From: Squalus acanthias
Taxonomy: Eukaryota
Reading direction: 5' to 3'
Assembly (NCBI GenBank): GCA_030390025.1
Contig: CM059432.1
Span: 50,780,001 to 50,844,000 of the forward strand
DNA length: 64,000 bases
Shown: in pieces, positions 63,930 through 64,000 of the stretch
How the letters are laid out: the number at the start of each line of letters is the position of its first letter
Numbering within the stretch: position 1 is the first letter of the stretch
The notes under the pieces: model-generated
The model's input: only the letters and a program-made list of their open reading frames with translations
Databases searched by the model: none
Told to the model about the DNA's origin: nothing
Translations under genes and position numbers: made by a program

Positions 63930-64000
63930 ACAATTTGTTCCACAAAAATACCACTTTTGAATTGGCTACAATCGGGTACAATATCGTGCCCCATGATGAC

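Overview
Eukaryotic, repeat-dense DNA, very probably from a shark or other chondrichthyan (inferred from the CR1 tails, L2, Vingi and Harbinger MITE families). Positions 1-13.6 kb hold nested mobile elements: a CR1 LINE split by a near-intact 4,180-bp two-gene PIF/Harbinger transposon (DDE transposase plus spliced Myb/SANT gene), a second CR1 carrying a MITE, and a 40-bp minisatellite split by a 1,655-bp solo LTR. At about 13.66-13.99 kb a ~330-bp CpG-rich island carries a probable first coding exon (minus strand, MTSPQGKRLNSGLRE|GTGAGC) of an unidentified host gene. Directly upstream is a ~33.5-kb satellite of roughly 1,450 23-bp monomers. Most monomers carry a bHLH-type motif (CACGTGAC, CACATGAC/CATGTGAC or TACGTGAC), and the array has higher-order periods of 1,333, 1,174, 1,219 and 11,041 bp. 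Positions 47.5-64 kb are nested CR1, L2, Vingi and Penelope-like fragments with five more 3-bp-TSD MITEs, one with ends closely resembling the autonomous Harbinger. The many Cys/His-rich ORFs are satellite artefacts. The most unusual feature is the promoter-abutting E-box satellite; its function is inference only. All coordinates were read by eye, and ends not defined by TSDs are approximate.
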